From an uncultured Arcobacteraceae bacterium (GTDB lineage: Bacteria > Campylobacterota > Campylobacteria > Campylobacterales > Arcobacteraceae): a DNA stretch of 64,000 nt. The notes below the pieces were generated by a model. That model was not told where the DNA came from, searched no databases, and saw only the letters and a program-made list of their open reading frames with translations. The stretch covers positions 224,001-288,000 of the forward strand of contig CAXHZO010000002.1 of NCBI GenBank assembly GCA_964022095.1, written 5' to 3'. Below, in pieces: positions 41,093-52,082 of this stretch (the stretch's first letter is position 1; every line of letters starts with the position of its first letter). A program made the translations under genes and the position numbers.

Positions 41093-41767
41093 TTAAAAAA
41101 GTTCAATTTCCATTTCTGGTTCTGATTTTTTATCCTCAACACCAAATAAGTCAACTCCACCAACATATTCTTTGATAACTGGAGCTTTTGTGATCTCTTT
41201 TTGTAGACTTTTCTCTTCAGTAAGAATTTTATTATCAGTTTCACTCTTTTGAGTTACTTTAATAAATGTTTCAAACTCATTAGTTAATAAAATAAGTCTA
41301 CCATGTTCTCCTCTTGTGTGTTCACTGATTAATTTAAATCCTTCAGATTTACAGAAATCTTTTGCAAATTCCACATTTCTATGACCAATAGATGAACCCA
41401 TATTTAATTGCATAATATCAGCACCGCCTGATATTTTTGCAATCATATTTGTTTTATCACAACCTAATTTGTACATTTCATTTAGCATTGCTTCAACTGA
41501 ATAAAGTCCATACTTCATGTCATCATTGTTATTATTTGTTGTAGGTAGTAAAAAATGATTCATAGCTTTGATGTTTTTTACTTTATCGTAGAACATAATT
41601 GCAACACATGAACCAAGTAAAGTTTTAAAAGCTATATGTTCAATGTCATTCCCTACTGCAAACTCTCCACCAATTACTGTATGAGTGTTGAAACCTTTAG
41701 TTTTTTGGGTAAATCTTATAGCAGAAGCTTTTTCAATACTACCATCTTTATGACCAATAATTATCAA
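41093..41767 (-). CDS. cheD: Chemoreceptor glutamine deamidase
   Basis: TLLGSCVA, MNHFLLP, KYG, AKISGGA. Confidence 0.94.
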   Translation of the reverse strand: MIIIGHKDGSIEKASAIRFTQKTKGFNTHTVIGGEFAVGNDIEHIAFKTLLGSCVAIMFYDKVKNIKAMNHFLLPTTNNNNDDMKYGLYSVEAMLNEMYKLGCDKTNMIAKISGGADIMQLNMGSSIGHRNVEFAKDFCKSEGFKLISEHTRGEHGRLILLTNEFETFIKVTQKSETDNKILTEEKSLQKEITKAPVIKEYVGGVDLFGVEDKKSEPEMEIELF

Positions 41768-42606
41768 TAGATTTCCTTTTCTTTAATAAATATATTTTGC
41801 CCTACTCTTTTAACATAGTGAATTAAATCTTGAGGATTTTCAGAGTGTCCTAAATATAGTGTTCCCCCAACTTTTAAATGTTTAAAAAGTTTTTTTAATA
41901 TAGTATTTTGATCTTCTGAAGAAAAATATATTAAAACATTTCTACAAAAGACTACATCAAATTGGTTATTCTTGAATGGATAAGTGTCATTACTCAAATT
42001 CATTATTTGAAAAGAAACTATTTTTTTTAATTGGTCATTTACTTTTATAAGTATATCTTCACCTGCAAGGTTTTTTTCTATTCTTCTTTTGAAGTATTTT
42101 TGAGGTTTAATCCAATCTGGAAACTCTTTTGATGATTTTGAGTATCTGTAAATACCATTTGCTGCAAATTGAAGAACATTTGTATCTATATCGGTTGCAA
42201 TGATTTTTGCATTAAAATTAGAAGATAATTTTTCTTTTACTTCTTGAACTGTCATAGCCATAGAGTATGGTTCTTCTCCTGTTGAAGAAGCTGAACAATA
42301 CATATTTATAGTTTGATTTGTTTTTGCAAATTCAGGTAGAACCCTATCTCTTAAATCAACAAAATGAAAATCTTCTCTGAAAAAGTGTGTTTTATTTGTA
42401 GTAAAAGAGTTAATAAACTCAGTAACATATTGACCATCTTCAATAAGCTTTAATAAGTCTTCTATTTCACCTGAGTATTTGCAGTTACGTTTTAGTTTTT
42501 CAATTCTATTTGAAATCATAATATCTTTATTCTCAGTTAGGGTTATCCCTGTGTGAGAATAAAGAAGATTTTTTATTTTATTATGAATTTCTGTTACATT
42601 TTTCAT
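41764..42606 (-). CDS. cheR: Chemotaxis methyltransferase
   Basis: TTNKTHFFRE, SSTGEEPYS, FCRNVLIYF, LGHSE. Confidence 0.97.
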   Translation of the reverse strand: MKNVTEIHNKIKNLLYSHTGITLTENKDIMISNRIEKLKRNCKYSGEIEDLLKLIEDGQYVTEFINSFTTNKTHFFREDFHFVDLRDRVLPEFAKTNQTINMYCSASSTGEEPYSMAMTVQEVKEKLSSNFNAKIIATDIDTNVLQFAANGIYRYSKSSKEFPDWIKPQKYFKRRIEKNLAGEDILIKVNDQLKKIVSFQIMNLSNDTYPFKNNQFDVVFCRNVLIYFSSEDQNTILKKLFKHLKVGGTLYLGHSENPQDLIHYVKRVGQNIFIKEKEIY

Positions 42607-42611
42607 ATGGT

Positions 42612-44699
42612 TTAAGATACTTTTCTGATGTCACTCATATCTTTTTCTATTTTAATTTGAGCATTAATAATTCCAACAACATCTAAAATTAAACCAATAC
42701 TTCCATCACCTCTAACTGTCGCAGCCCCTATTCCTTCAACACTTCTAAAGTTTTTATCTAAAGGTTTTACAACAACTTGGTGTTGATTTAAGAATTCGTC
42801 AATTGATAATGCAACTTTTGTATTTCCAGATTTAACAACAATTAACATACCTTCTTCAAGGTTTTCAAAGCTTTTTTCAAGCCCAAATAGTTTGTGTAGT
42901 CTAACTACTGGAATAAACTCTTCTCTTAACATTAATAAATCTTGTGTTCCATCACCAATTTTTTTAATCATTTCAGCTGTTGGTTGAAGTGACTCTACAA
43001 TAGAACTTAAAGGAAGAATATACTTGTAATTACCTACTCTAATATCTAAACCATCTAAAATAGCTAGAGTAAGAGGTAACATGATTGTAATTGTAGTTCC
43101 TTCTCCTAGTTTGGTATCAAGTTTAATTGCACCACCTAGTTTATAAATATTTGTTTTAACAACATCCATTCCTACACCACGTCCAGAAATATCAGTAATT
43201 TCATCAGCTGTTGAAACCCCAGCTCCAAATATTAATTCAGCTTTTTCATTATTACTCATTGAGTTATATTGATTCTCATCAATTTGACCTTGGTCTAAGG
43301 CTTTTAGAGCAACTCTTTCAGCATCAATACCTTTACCATCATCATCAATTGTAATTATCATTTGACCATTTGCTTGTTCAGCTGATATTGAAATTGAACC
43401 AACTTCTGGTTTTCCTGTTCCTTGTCTTTCTTCTGGTGTTTCTAAACCATGATCTAAAGAGTTTCTTATAATATGCATTAATGGATCTGTTAATCCTTCA
43501 ATCATAGCTTTATCAATTTCAACACCATCACCGTAGTGTTTGAATTCAACTTTTTTACCAAGTTTTTTAGAAATATCTCTAACAACTTTTGGGAATTTAG
43601 AGTAAATAGATTCCATAGGTACCATTCTAATACCCATAATTGAATCTTGCATATCTCTAATATGTCTTTCTAGTAATTCAAGTCTTTCTAAAACTGCATT
43701 TCTTGTTTTTGTTTCTTCTATAGTCGAGCTAAACTGAGTTAACATTGCATTTGTAATAACTAAATCACCTACATTGTTCATTAATAAGTCAATTTTATCA
43801 AGATTAACTCTAATATTATTACTAGCAGAAGCTTTTTTTACAATCTCATCTTTTTTATTATCTTTATCTTGTTTTTTTGCAACAGGAGAAGTTTTTTTAT
43901 CTTGAGGTTTAACAGCTGCTGGTTTAGTTACTTCTGGATTATTTGTTTTTGTAGTGTTTTCTTCTACTCCATTTGTATCCATAACGGCATCTGGAGTAAT
44001 TGATGGCATATCATCAAAGAAACCAAAATTTTCATCTTCTGTATGTTCAACTTTTTTTACATCTTCAGTATTGTCAGATATTGTTTCAAGTTCATCATCA
44101 TAAAAACCATAATTTTTTTGTGCTTCTAAGTCATCATCATCTGCAAAAATACCATATGCTCTTGTAGTAGATTCTCTTTGTTCTTCTAAATCATCATCAA
44201 AGAAACCAAAGTTATCATTGTCATCATCATCTTTTGATTCAACAGCCTCTTCTTTTACTGGTGTTTCAACAACAACTGGTTCTTCTTTTACAGGAGTCTC
44301 TCCATTAGAGAAAGCTCTAATGTCTTTTAAAAGGTCACTAGTCATTTCTGTAAATTTTTCTTTTGTAAGATCTTCAGAAACTTCTAAGTCTAAAATCTCT
44401 TTCATTGTGTCTAAACCATCAATTAATGTTTCAGCCATTTCTGGAATGAACTCAATTTGATGATTTCTTAATTTATCCATTAAGTTTTCAACATCATGAG
44501 TAAATTCAGCAAATAATGCTAGCTCTACAGATGCACCACTACCTTTTAGTGTGTGTACATCTCTAAATAATTGACCCATTTCTTCATCAGTTAATGTTCC
44601 ATTAGTTTCTGCTTCTAAAAGTACATTATCAGCAGATTCAAAAAGCTCTTCGGCTTCTTCTAAAAACATTTCTCTATATTTAGAAATATCAAATGACAT
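42612..44699 (-). CDS. cheA: Chemotaxis histidine kinase
   Basis: Hpt FRDVHTLKG, HIIRNSLDHGLE, SGRGVGMDVVK, C-terminal CheW domain. Confidence 0.97.
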   Translation of the reverse strand: MSFDISKYREMFLEEAEELFESADNVLLEAETNGTLTDEEMGQLFRDVHTLKGSGASVELALFAEFTHDVENLMDKLRNHQIEFIPEMAETLIDGLDTMKEILDLEVSEDLTKEKFTEMTSDLLKDIRAFSNGETPVKEEPVVVETPVKEEAVESKDDDDNDNFGFFDDDLEEQRESTTRAYGIFADDDDLEAQKNYGFYDDELETISDNTEDVKKVEHTEDENFGFFDDMPSITPDAVMDTNGVEENTTKTNNPEVTKPAAVKPQDKKTSPVAKKQDKDNKKDEIVKKASASNNIRVNLDKIDLLMNNVGDLVITNAMLTQFSSTIEETKTRNAVLERLELLERHIRDMQDSIMGIRMVPMESIYSKFPKVVRDISKKLGKKVEFKHYGDGVEIDKAMIEGLTDPLMHIIRNSLDHGLETPEERQGTGKPEVGSISISAEQANGQMIITIDDDGKGIDAERVALKALDQGQIDENQYNSMSNNEKAELIFGAGVSTADEITDISGRGVGMDVVKTNIYKLGGAIKLDTKLGEGTTITIMLPLTLAILDGLDIRVGNYKYILPLSSIVESLQPTAEMIKKIGDGTQDLLMLREEFIPVVRLHKLFGLEKSFENLEEGMLIVVKSGNTKVALSIDEFLNQHQVVVKPLDKNFRSVEGIGAATVRGDGSIGLILDVVGIINAQIKIEKDMSDIRKVS

Positions 44700-44728
44700 G
44701 ACTACTCCTTTATTTATCTACCTATAAA

Positions 44729-45097
44729 CTATCTACTTAAAACAATATTTACAGCTTTTAAAAGCTGATCTGGAACGAATGGTTTTACAATCCATCCCGT
44801 AGCACCTGCTGCTTTACCTTTTGCTTTCATTTCATCACTTCTTTCAGTTGTTAATACTAAAATTGGTTTTTTCGAATATTGAGGTACTTTTCTAAGTTCT
44901 CCAATAAGTGCTAAACCATCCATATTTGGCATATTTACATCTGTAATAATCAAATCAAAATCATTAGCTTTTGCTTTTGCTAAACCATCAACACCATCAA
45001 TTGCTTCAGTTACATCAGAGTAACCTCCTTCATTTAGTGCGTAGTTAAGCATATCTCTTAGCATTGTAGAATCATCTACGATTAAAAGCTTAGCCAT
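44729..45097 (-). CDS. cheY: Single-domain chemotaxis response regulator
   Basis: VDDS, TDVNMPNMDG, LTTE, GWIVKPF; first gene of the che cluster. Confidence 0.92.
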   Translation of the reverse strand: MAKLLIVDDSTMLRDMLNYALNEGGYSDVTEAIDGVDGLAKAKANDFDLIITDVNMPNMDGLALIGELRKVPQYSKKPILVLTTERSDEMKAKGKAAGATGWIVKPFVPDQLLKAVNIVLSR

Positions 45098-45369
45098 TTT
45101 AGAACCCCTTAAGTTTTGTTAAAAAAATTATTTTAACCATACTAACGTAAGATATATTAATTTAATATTAGAAAATATGGTAAATCATCAATAAAATCAA
45201 TAAAATTATTAATTTTAAATATAGTTTTGTTATTAAGCTACTTCTGTGCTACTAACGAACAATATATGATACCATAAAGTTATTATAAAGTTTGTTTAAA
45301 AGTGTTATTTTATTTTGAAAAGATTGTTTTATGGGAAAAAGAAGAGAGTTTCTTAAGTTATTAATATAT

Positions 45370-45395
45370 TTATAATTCCCCTAAAGGAATTATAA
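45370..45395 (-). terminator. Hairpin after pnp
   Basis: TTATAATTCC-6 nt-GGAATTATAA. Confidence 0.55.
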
Positions 45396-45396
45396 G

Positions 45397-47571
45397 TTAC
45401 TTAGCGCCACCAAGTTCGATTCTATCTTTTTTAACTTTTAATACAGTTACATCAATTTCTTGTCCAACTGATAATACATCAGCTACATTATTTACTCTTT
45501 GTTTTGAGATTTTTGAAATATGAAGTAATCCTTCTCCACCTTTTGGTAAAGATATAAATGCTCCAAAGTCAACTATCCTTTCAACTTTACCTTTTAATAC
45601 TTCTTCAAGTTGATATAGTTTTTCAAAGTTAACTTCTTTTGATTCTTTCCTAGATGTTGCATTATTTGAAATAGTTTTAATATGCTCACAAGCATCTAAA
45701 ACATTTTGTTTATTTCCACCTGATACTTTTACATTCCCACTATCTCTATCTAAATCAATAGATACAGAGAATTTTTCAATAATTTCTTTTATAGTAGAAC
45801 CTGCTTTTCCAATAACAACCATTACTTTGCTTGGATCAATTGCAAATTGTTCTATTAAAGGTAATGCTTCACTAGGAACTATTTCATTTGCAGCAGTTTC
45901 CATTAAACCTAAAATATGCTCTCTACCCTCTTTTGCTTGTAGTAATGCTTCTTGTAAAACTGATAATTCAATTCCACCAAGTTTAATATCCATTTGAAGT
46001 GCAGTAATACCTTTTGTAGTTCCTGCTACTTTAAAGTCCATATCTCCATCATGATCTTCTAATCCCATGATATCAGTTAATACAGAATAGTTATCACCTT
46101 CTACAACCATACCCATTGCAACACCAGCAACTAAATCAGAAACAGGCACTCCTGCTGCTTTTAATGCCAATGAACCACCACAAACAGTTGCCATTGAAGA
46201 AGAACCATTTGACTCTAATATTTCAGATACTAATCTTACAGTTTCACTATAATCATCATCAATAGTTGGTTCAAGTGCTTTTTTAGCTAAGTTACCATGT
46301 CCTAGTTCTCTTCTTCCTACACCAAACATAGGTTTTGCTTCACCAACTGAGAAACCTGGGAAGTTATAATGTACCATAAATCTATCCACTGAAGTTGATT
46401 TTTCAGTTAATGTTTCATACATTTGACCATCTTTAGGTCCTGCAAGAGTTCCAACAACTAATGCTTGAGTTTCACCTCTTGTAAATAAACAAGATGAATG
46501 AGCAGAAGGTAAAATATTTGTTTCAATATCAATAGGTCTTACATCTTTAAGTCCTCTTCCATCAGCTCTTACTTTATCATCAACAATCATATTTCTAACA
46601 ATTTCTCTTTTTACAATAGAAACAGCTTCATAGATAGTTGAAAATTCAATTTCATTTTCTATACAATATTCATTTGCAGCGATTGCTTTAGCTACATCTT
46701 TAAGTTCAGTTGCTCTTTCACTTTTTGCAAGTTTTTTTATTGCATTTTTAATATCATCACTAAAGTTGTCTCTAACATAGTTAATTACAGATTCATCAAT
46801 AGTAAATTCAACTAATTCAACATTTGATTGTTCTTTTGAAGCTTCTTCGAAACCTTTTTCATAAGTTTCATTTGCTTCTTTTAATGCTTCTTGCGCTACC
46901 CCAATAGCTTCAACTAAAATATCTTCAGTCATTTCATTTGCATTATGGATTTTTGTAAATGCTTCAATATCTACTTCAACTAATTCTTCACTTGAAATAG
47001 TCTTCATCTCAATCATAAGTAATTCATCTTTAGAACCTGCTACATATAAATCTAAAGTAGAATTTTCTAATTGTTCTTGTGTTGGATTAATAACGTAATC
47101 TCCTTCAATCTTTCCAACTCTAACACCACATACAGATTTTTTGATTGGTAAATTTGAAGTATATAATGCAGCATTTGCAGCATTTAAAGCTAAAGTTTGT
47201 AAGTCAACATTTTTATCAGCACTTAATACCATAACAGTTATTGTTGTTGGATATACATATCCTTTAGGAAATAATGGTCTTAAACTTCTATCGATTACTC
47301 TTGAAGTTAGAGTTTCAAATTCACTTGGTTTCCCTTCTCTTTTTATAAATCCACCAGGTAATTTTGCTGCTGCATAAGTTTTCTCAATATATTGAACTGT
47401 TAATGGAGTGAAGTCCTCATCTACTGGGTTATCAAACTCACTTACTACTGTAGCTAAAACTACTGCATTCCCTAATTTCGCTAATACTGATCCATTAGCT
47501 TGTTTGGCTACTTTCCCAAACTCATATATTTCTTGTTTATCATTTAATTCGAATTCACAAACTGTTGACAT
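45397..47571 (-). CDS. pnp: Polyribonucleotide nucleotidyltransferase
   Basis: GGFIKRE, IDRSLRPLFP, ESNGSSSMA, GDMDFKVAG, KH and S1 domains. Confidence 0.98.
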   Translation of the reverse strand: MSTVCEFELNDKQEIYEFGKVAKQANGSVLAKLGNAVVLATVVSEFDNPVDEDFTPLTVQYIEKTYAAAKLPGGFIKREGKPSEFETLTSRVIDRSLRPLFPKGYVYPTTITVMVLSADKNVDLQTLALNAANAALYTSNLPIKKSVCGVRVGKIEGDYVINPTQEQLENSTLDLYVAGSKDELLMIEMKTISSEELVEVDIEAFTKIHNANEMTEDILVEAIGVAQEALKEANETYEKGFEEASKEQSNVELVEFTIDESVINYVRDNFSDDIKNAIKKLAKSERATELKDVAKAIAANEYCIENEIEFSTIYEAVSIVKREIVRNMIVDDKVRADGRGLKDVRPIDIETNILPSAHSSCLFTRGETQALVVGTLAGPKDGQMYETLTEKSTSVDRFMVHYNFPGFSVGEAKPMFGVGRRELGHGNLAKKALEPTIDDDYSETVRLVSEILESNGSSSMATVCGGSLALKAAGVPVSDLVAGVAMGMVVEGDNYSVLTDIMGLEDHDGDMDFKVAGTTKGITALQMDIKLGGIELSVLQEALLQAKEGREHILGLMETAANEIVPSEALPLIEQFAIDPSKVMVVIGKAGSTIKEIIEKFSVSIDLDRDSGNVKVSGGNKQNVLDACEHIKTISNNATSRKESKEVNFEKLYQLEEVLKGKVERIVDFGAFISLPKGGEGLLHISKISKQRVNNVADVLSVGQEIDVTVLKVKKDRIELGGAK

Positions 47572-48224
47572 TATTTTCCTTTTTTTAATTTTTCTAAATC
47601 TTCAAAACTTACTTCATCAAGTGAGTCATAATAAAAATCTATTGATATAAAATGATCTAAATTTTTAATAAAATATAAATCATCCGCAATTGATTCAATA
47701 GTAGGTATACTTGCTGTTGGAAGTATAGGTGTTGCTACTGAAATAGATTTTGCTTTTAAATTAATAGCAGTTTTAATACAAGCCATCATTGTAAGACCTG
47801 TATTTATACCTTCATCTACGATTAAAACATTTTTGTTTTCAAACTTTTCAATTTTATTACCATGTCTAAACCTATTTACTTCACTTACTAAGTTTTCTTC
47901 AAATACTTTTTTAGACTTTTCATATATTTTATCTAAACTTATATCAAATGACCTTATTAACTCTTCATGAATTAATACTTCCTCATGCTCTGTAACAACT
48001 GCAATCTCACATTCATCATTGTTTGGAGCACTTATTTTTGCTGAAAACATAATATCATATTTTGAATTTAGTTCATTTGCAATAATTTTTGCAATTTCAT
48101 ATCCTCCGTAAGAACTAGAAATTACAGTCCAGTCTTCAAGTTTCATACTATCAATGGGTAAGATATCTAATAACCTAAAAGCTGCAACTTCTCTATTTTT
48201 AAAATAAATTTTATCAGGATTCAT
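47571..48224 (-). CDS. Phosphoribosyltransferase-family protein
   Basis: FKNREVAA N-terminus, VLIVDEGINTGLT PRPP-loop-like motif, VATP. Confidence 0.85.
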   Translation of the reverse strand: MNPDKIYFKNREVAAFRLLDILPIDSMKLEDWTVISSSYGGYEIAKIIANELNSKYDIMFSAKISAPNNDECEIAVVTEHEEVLIHEELIRSFDISLDKIYEKSKKVFEENLVSEVNRFRHGNKIEKFENKNVLIVDEGINTGLTMMACIKTAINLKAKSISVATPILPTASIPTIESIADDLYFIKNLDHFISIDFYYDSLDEVSFEDLEKLKKGK

Positions 48225-48226
48225 TA

Positions 48227-50329
48227 TTAGTCCTCATCTATCTTATATTTTTGTTTTAATCCACCAAGTGATTTTAGCTCTAAGTTCATATATATGATTT
48301 TTTGATCAATACCTTCTGAAGTACTTGATGTTGAAGGAACTATTTCTCTTTCATATTTTAAATCTAAATTCCAACAATAATCATTGATATTTAAGTTGAT
48401 ACCTTGTTTATTTCTAACTTTTTCAAGTAAGTTATAATACTCATAATACCCTACTTTATAATCTTTTGATAGTTGATAGTTTACATCAAAATTATATGAT
48501 TCTAAGTCTTCTTTATCATTATAAGGATTATCTGTCTCTTTAGATTTATAGTAACCCATACTTAATGATAGATCTTTATATGTTAAATTTACTTGTGAAT
48601 CATTTTCAATAAACTGTTTATCTTGAATATTATAAACCATTCTATTTGTAATATTTCCATAATCATGGTTCACTTTTACATAATTCTCTAAATTTTGAAG
48701 TTTTGGATCGTTATTATCATAAAGTATTGATTGAGATACCCTATGATTTATTAATTGCTTTAAACTATTTTTATTATATAAAGATTGGTTTATTGATAAA
48801 TTTATGTTTTTATTTCCCTGTGTTATTGGAAAACTCTCTAACTCACTATTATTACTTGTTATTTCATATAGATCTCCACTTGATTTTATATTTTTGGGAT
48901 CTGAGTATTTAGCATTTAAATTAATTGTATGTAAATAGTTTTCATATGGCTTAATTAAGTCACTTCCAATTGCAATAGAAGTCTCATTTTGTAATAATGT
49001 ACCATTATCAAAGCTATTTGTGCTATCTTCATTTGTATAGTTGTATCTACTTAATACAGTTTTATTTTGTGCAGTGATATATAAAAAATCATCAAGTAAA
49101 TAGTGTGTATAAGAAACAGGTAAGGTAAATTCATAAATATTTGCACTTAAGCCTTTTTTTCTTGTATAGTTATAAAGCTTACTATCTAATGAGTATTGTA
49201 AATTATTAATAAATACTGAATCATTATATTTATGAAATTGCAGCTGTGGTAATTCTTGAAGTGTTTCATCATTATTATCTGCTGATGTATCTATATAGTA
49301 TCTAGCATATGCTCCACCGTAGTATTTAGAAGTATTATAAAAGTAGTTTATTTTTGATTCAACTTTTTTATCAGTTGATATATTATCCTCTTCTTTTTCT
49401 AATGTTCTATACTCAATATCATTCATATAATTTATTGATGCATAAAAACCATCTTGAGTTTTATCATTTGAAAATAGTTTTGTTCTTTCGTACTCTACAT
49501 TCCAACCATAGTGTTTTTTATTTTCTAAATCATGTTGTTCTTGATAGTCTTTATCTTCAATAAAACCACCTGTTTTCATTTTTAAAATTGAATAAGGTGA
49601 ATCAACATACCTAAAATGTGTATAAGCACCATAACCTCTTCTTGTTCTTATTTGTGGAATAAATTCAATATCATAGTTCGCTGCTGGTGCAAAGTAAATT
49701 GGTTGAGAGTAGTATATACCATCATCATTTGAGTATCCAATAGTTGGTATTAAAAGTCCTGTTCTTCTTGTTTTATCTGTTGGAAAACCAAAATATGGAC
49801 TATATAAAATAGGAACATTACCTATATATAATCTTGGATTATATGTATGTATCCATTTGTTTTCAGTATCATACGTAGCAGAAGAGACTTTAATACTCCA
49901 AGTTGGATCTATACAATCACAAGAAGAGATTATTGATTCATCTAAACTAATAGTGGTATCTTGTTTTTGTGATGTTTTTGAGTTTAACCATAAATTATTA
50001 TCTGATTGATGAAGTAGTATTGGACTTTGTTTATAAGACTCATCTTTTAAGTTTAAATAAGCATAATTACTTTGTGTTTGGATGTTGTTATCTTTGATAA
50101 TTACAACATTATCAAAAAGCTCAAAACTTTCAGTTTCTTTATCATAAATGATTTTATTAGCACTTAAGTAATAAGTTTGAGAAAAAACTACAACATTTCC
50201 ACTTGCTGTTAATGTATTATCTTTAGTATCTATATTTTCAGCAAGAAGTTCGAATTTTTCATTCTTTAACTCTTGTGAAAAACATAATGATAAACTTACC
50301 ACTAATGATAATAGTATTTTTTTATGCAT
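48227..50329 (-). CDS. lptD: LPS assembly outer-membrane protein
   Basis: Signal peptide, SSCDCIDPTW, VPILYSPY, RRTGLLIP, beta-barrel with C-terminal CW. Confidence 0.9.
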   Translation of the reverse strand: MHKKILLSLVVSLSLCFSQELKNEKFELLAENIDTKDNTLTASGNVVVFSQTYYLSANKIIYDKETESFELFDNVVIIKDNNIQTQSNYAYLNLKDESYKQSPILLHQSDNNLWLNSKTSQKQDTTISLDESIISSCDCIDPTWSIKVSSATYDTENKWIHTYNPRLYIGNVPILYSPYFGFPTDKTRRTGLLIPTIGYSNDDGIYYSQPIYFAPAANYDIEFIPQIRTRRGYGAYTHFRYVDSPYSILKMKTGGFIEDKDYQEQHDLENKKHYGWNVEYERTKLFSNDKTQDGFYASINYMNDIEYRTLEKEEDNISTDKKVESKINYFYNTSKYYGGAYARYYIDTSADNNDETLQELPQLQFHKYNDSVFINNLQYSLDSKLYNYTRKKGLSANIYEFTLPVSYTHYLLDDFLYITAQNKTVLSRYNYTNEDSTNSFDNGTLLQNETSIAIGSDLIKPYENYLHTINLNAKYSDPKNIKSSGDLYEITSNNSELESFPITQGNKNINLSINQSLYNKNSLKQLINHRVSQSILYDNNDPKLQNLENYVKVNHDYGNITNRMVYNIQDKQFIENDSQVNLTYKDLSLSMGYYKSKETDNPYNDKEDLESYNFDVNYQLSKDYKVGYYEYYNLLEKVRNKQGINLNINDYCWNLDLKYEREIVPSTSSTSEGIDQKIIYMNLELKSLGGLKQKYKIDED

Positions 50330-50759
50330 TTACAACCAATGTTTTACCAGTTATATCATGGAAAGTTTTTCTACCTTCATTAAAAAAGCCAATTAAAAAA
50401 CCAACATAAAAAAACATTTCTGAGAAAATTCTACCAACAGATCTTAAAAGTGCTGAAAAAAATGATACTCTTCCCCAATGTGACGCATCGATAACTCTGA
50501 TTTTAGCTACTAGTTTTCCTACAGTTGCGCCATAATACCAAACAAAGAAAGCTTGGTATATAACTTTTAAGAAAATTAAGGGCATTACTAAATCAACTTT
50601 AACTAGTTGCATCATAGCATCCATATTATGACTAGCAGCCATTAAATTGTCCCAAAATATTATCAAAATAATAAATGTAACAATTAAATCATCGATTATA
50701 AAAGCCATAGCTCTTGATCTAAGTGTTGCTAATTGTAAATCACTACTATTTTCTTGCAT
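50322..50759 (-). CDS. RDD family membrane protein
   Basis: RAMAFIIDD, GATVGK, FHDITGKT. Confidence 0.92.
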   Translation of the reverse strand: MQENSSDLQLATLRSRAMAFIIDDLIVTFIILIIFWDNLMAASHNMDAMMQLVKVDLVMPLIFLKVIYQAFFVWYYGATVGKLVAKIRVIDASHWGRVSFFSALLRSVGRIFSEMFFYVGFLIGFFNEGRKTFHDITGKTLVVNA

Positions 50760-50776
50760 TTATTTATACTACTTAA

Positions 50777-52042
50777 TTATTTTAGAGCTTGATATGCAAT
50801 ATCAGATCTACATTTTTTACCAGCAAAATGTACTTGACCACAAAGTTCATATGCTCTATCTCTAGCTTCTTGAATTGATTTACCAAAACCAACACAAACT
50901 AAAACTCTTCCACCAGTTGCCATAAGTTTATCATCATCAAGTTCAACACCTGCATATGAGATATGAGAATTTGCAGCTAATTCTTCATTTACTATTTCAT
51001 CAACAATGATTTCTGCTGGTTTTGATGAACTGAAAGGATAGTTTTCACTTGCCATTACAACACCAACACCAAATTCATTTTTGATTTTTATATCTAATTT
51101 ATCAAGTTGTTTTGTAGCACCTTTATAGAATAAATCAGATACGGGAGTTTCAAGTAGTGGCATTAAAATTTCACATTCAGGATCACCAAATCTTACATTA
51201 TATTCTAATATAATTGGTTCTCCTTTTACAACCATAACACCAATAAATAGTACACCTTCAAAAGGAGCACCCTCTTTTTTCATACCTTCTAATGTTGGTT
51301 TAATAACTCTATCTTCTACTTTTTGATAAATTTCATCATTTACTAGTGGAGTTGGAGCATAAGCACCCATACCTCCAGTATTTGGTCCCGTATCACCATC
51401 CCCTATTCTTTTATGATCTTGTGCTGCTGGTAATACTTTATAGTTTTCACCATCACAAATTGCAAAGATTGATAACTCATATCCATCTAAAAATTCTTCA
51501 ACTACTATTGAAGTTCCTGCATCACCAAATGAATCACCACTTAACATATCAGATGCAGCTTTTTTAGCTTCATCTTTACTTTGAGCAATAATTACACCTT
51601 TTCCTGCACATAAACCATCTGCTTTTACAACAATTGGTTCATTCATTGTATCAATGAAATCGTGTGCTTCTTTTTCATTTGTTGTTTCTATAAACGCTGC
51701 TGTTGGTATGTTATACTTTTTAAGTATGTTTTTCATATATACTTTAGAACCTTCTAGCTGAGCTGCAGCTGCACTTGGTCCAAAGATTGTTAAATCATTT
51801 TCTTTAAATATATCAACAACACCATCTACTAATGGAGCTTCTGGCCCTACAATTGTTAAATCAATAGAATTATCTTTTGCCCAAACTGCTAATTCATTAT
51901 AATCTTTTATATTTATATTAGTACCTAATTTATTTGTAGCACCATTTCCTGGCATGAAAAATAAGTTATGAGCATTTTCTTTATATATTGCTAATCCAAT
52001 AGAGTATTCTCTACCCCCACTTCCTAGTATCAATATGTTCAC
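50777..52042 (-). CDS. purD: Phosphoribosylamine--glycine ligase
   Basis: [34 protein letters not shown]. Confidence 0.98.
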   Translation of the reverse strand: MNILILGSGGREYSIGLAIYKENAHNLFFMPGNGATNKLGTNINIKDYNELAVWAKDNSIDLTIVGPEAPLVDGVVDIFKENDLTIFGPSAAAAQLEGSKVYMKNILKKYNIPTAAFIETTNEKEAHDFIDTMNEPIVVKADGLCAGKGVIIAQSKDEAKKAASDMLSGDSFGDAGTSIVVEEFLDGYELSIFAICDGENYKVLPAAQDHKRIGDGDTGPNTGGMGAYAPTPLVNDEIYQKVEDRVIKPTLEGMKKEGAPFEGVLFIGVMVVKGEPIILEYNVRFGDPECEILMPLLETPVSDLFYKGATKQLDKLDIKIKNEFGVGVVMASENYPFSSSKPAEIIVDEIVNEELAANSHISYAGVELDDDKLMATGGRVLVCVGFGKSIQEARDRAYELCGQVHFAGKKCRSDIAYQALK

Positions 52043-52082
52043 GATAATTCCTTGTTTATTTATTAGTATAATTAAAAGTAAA

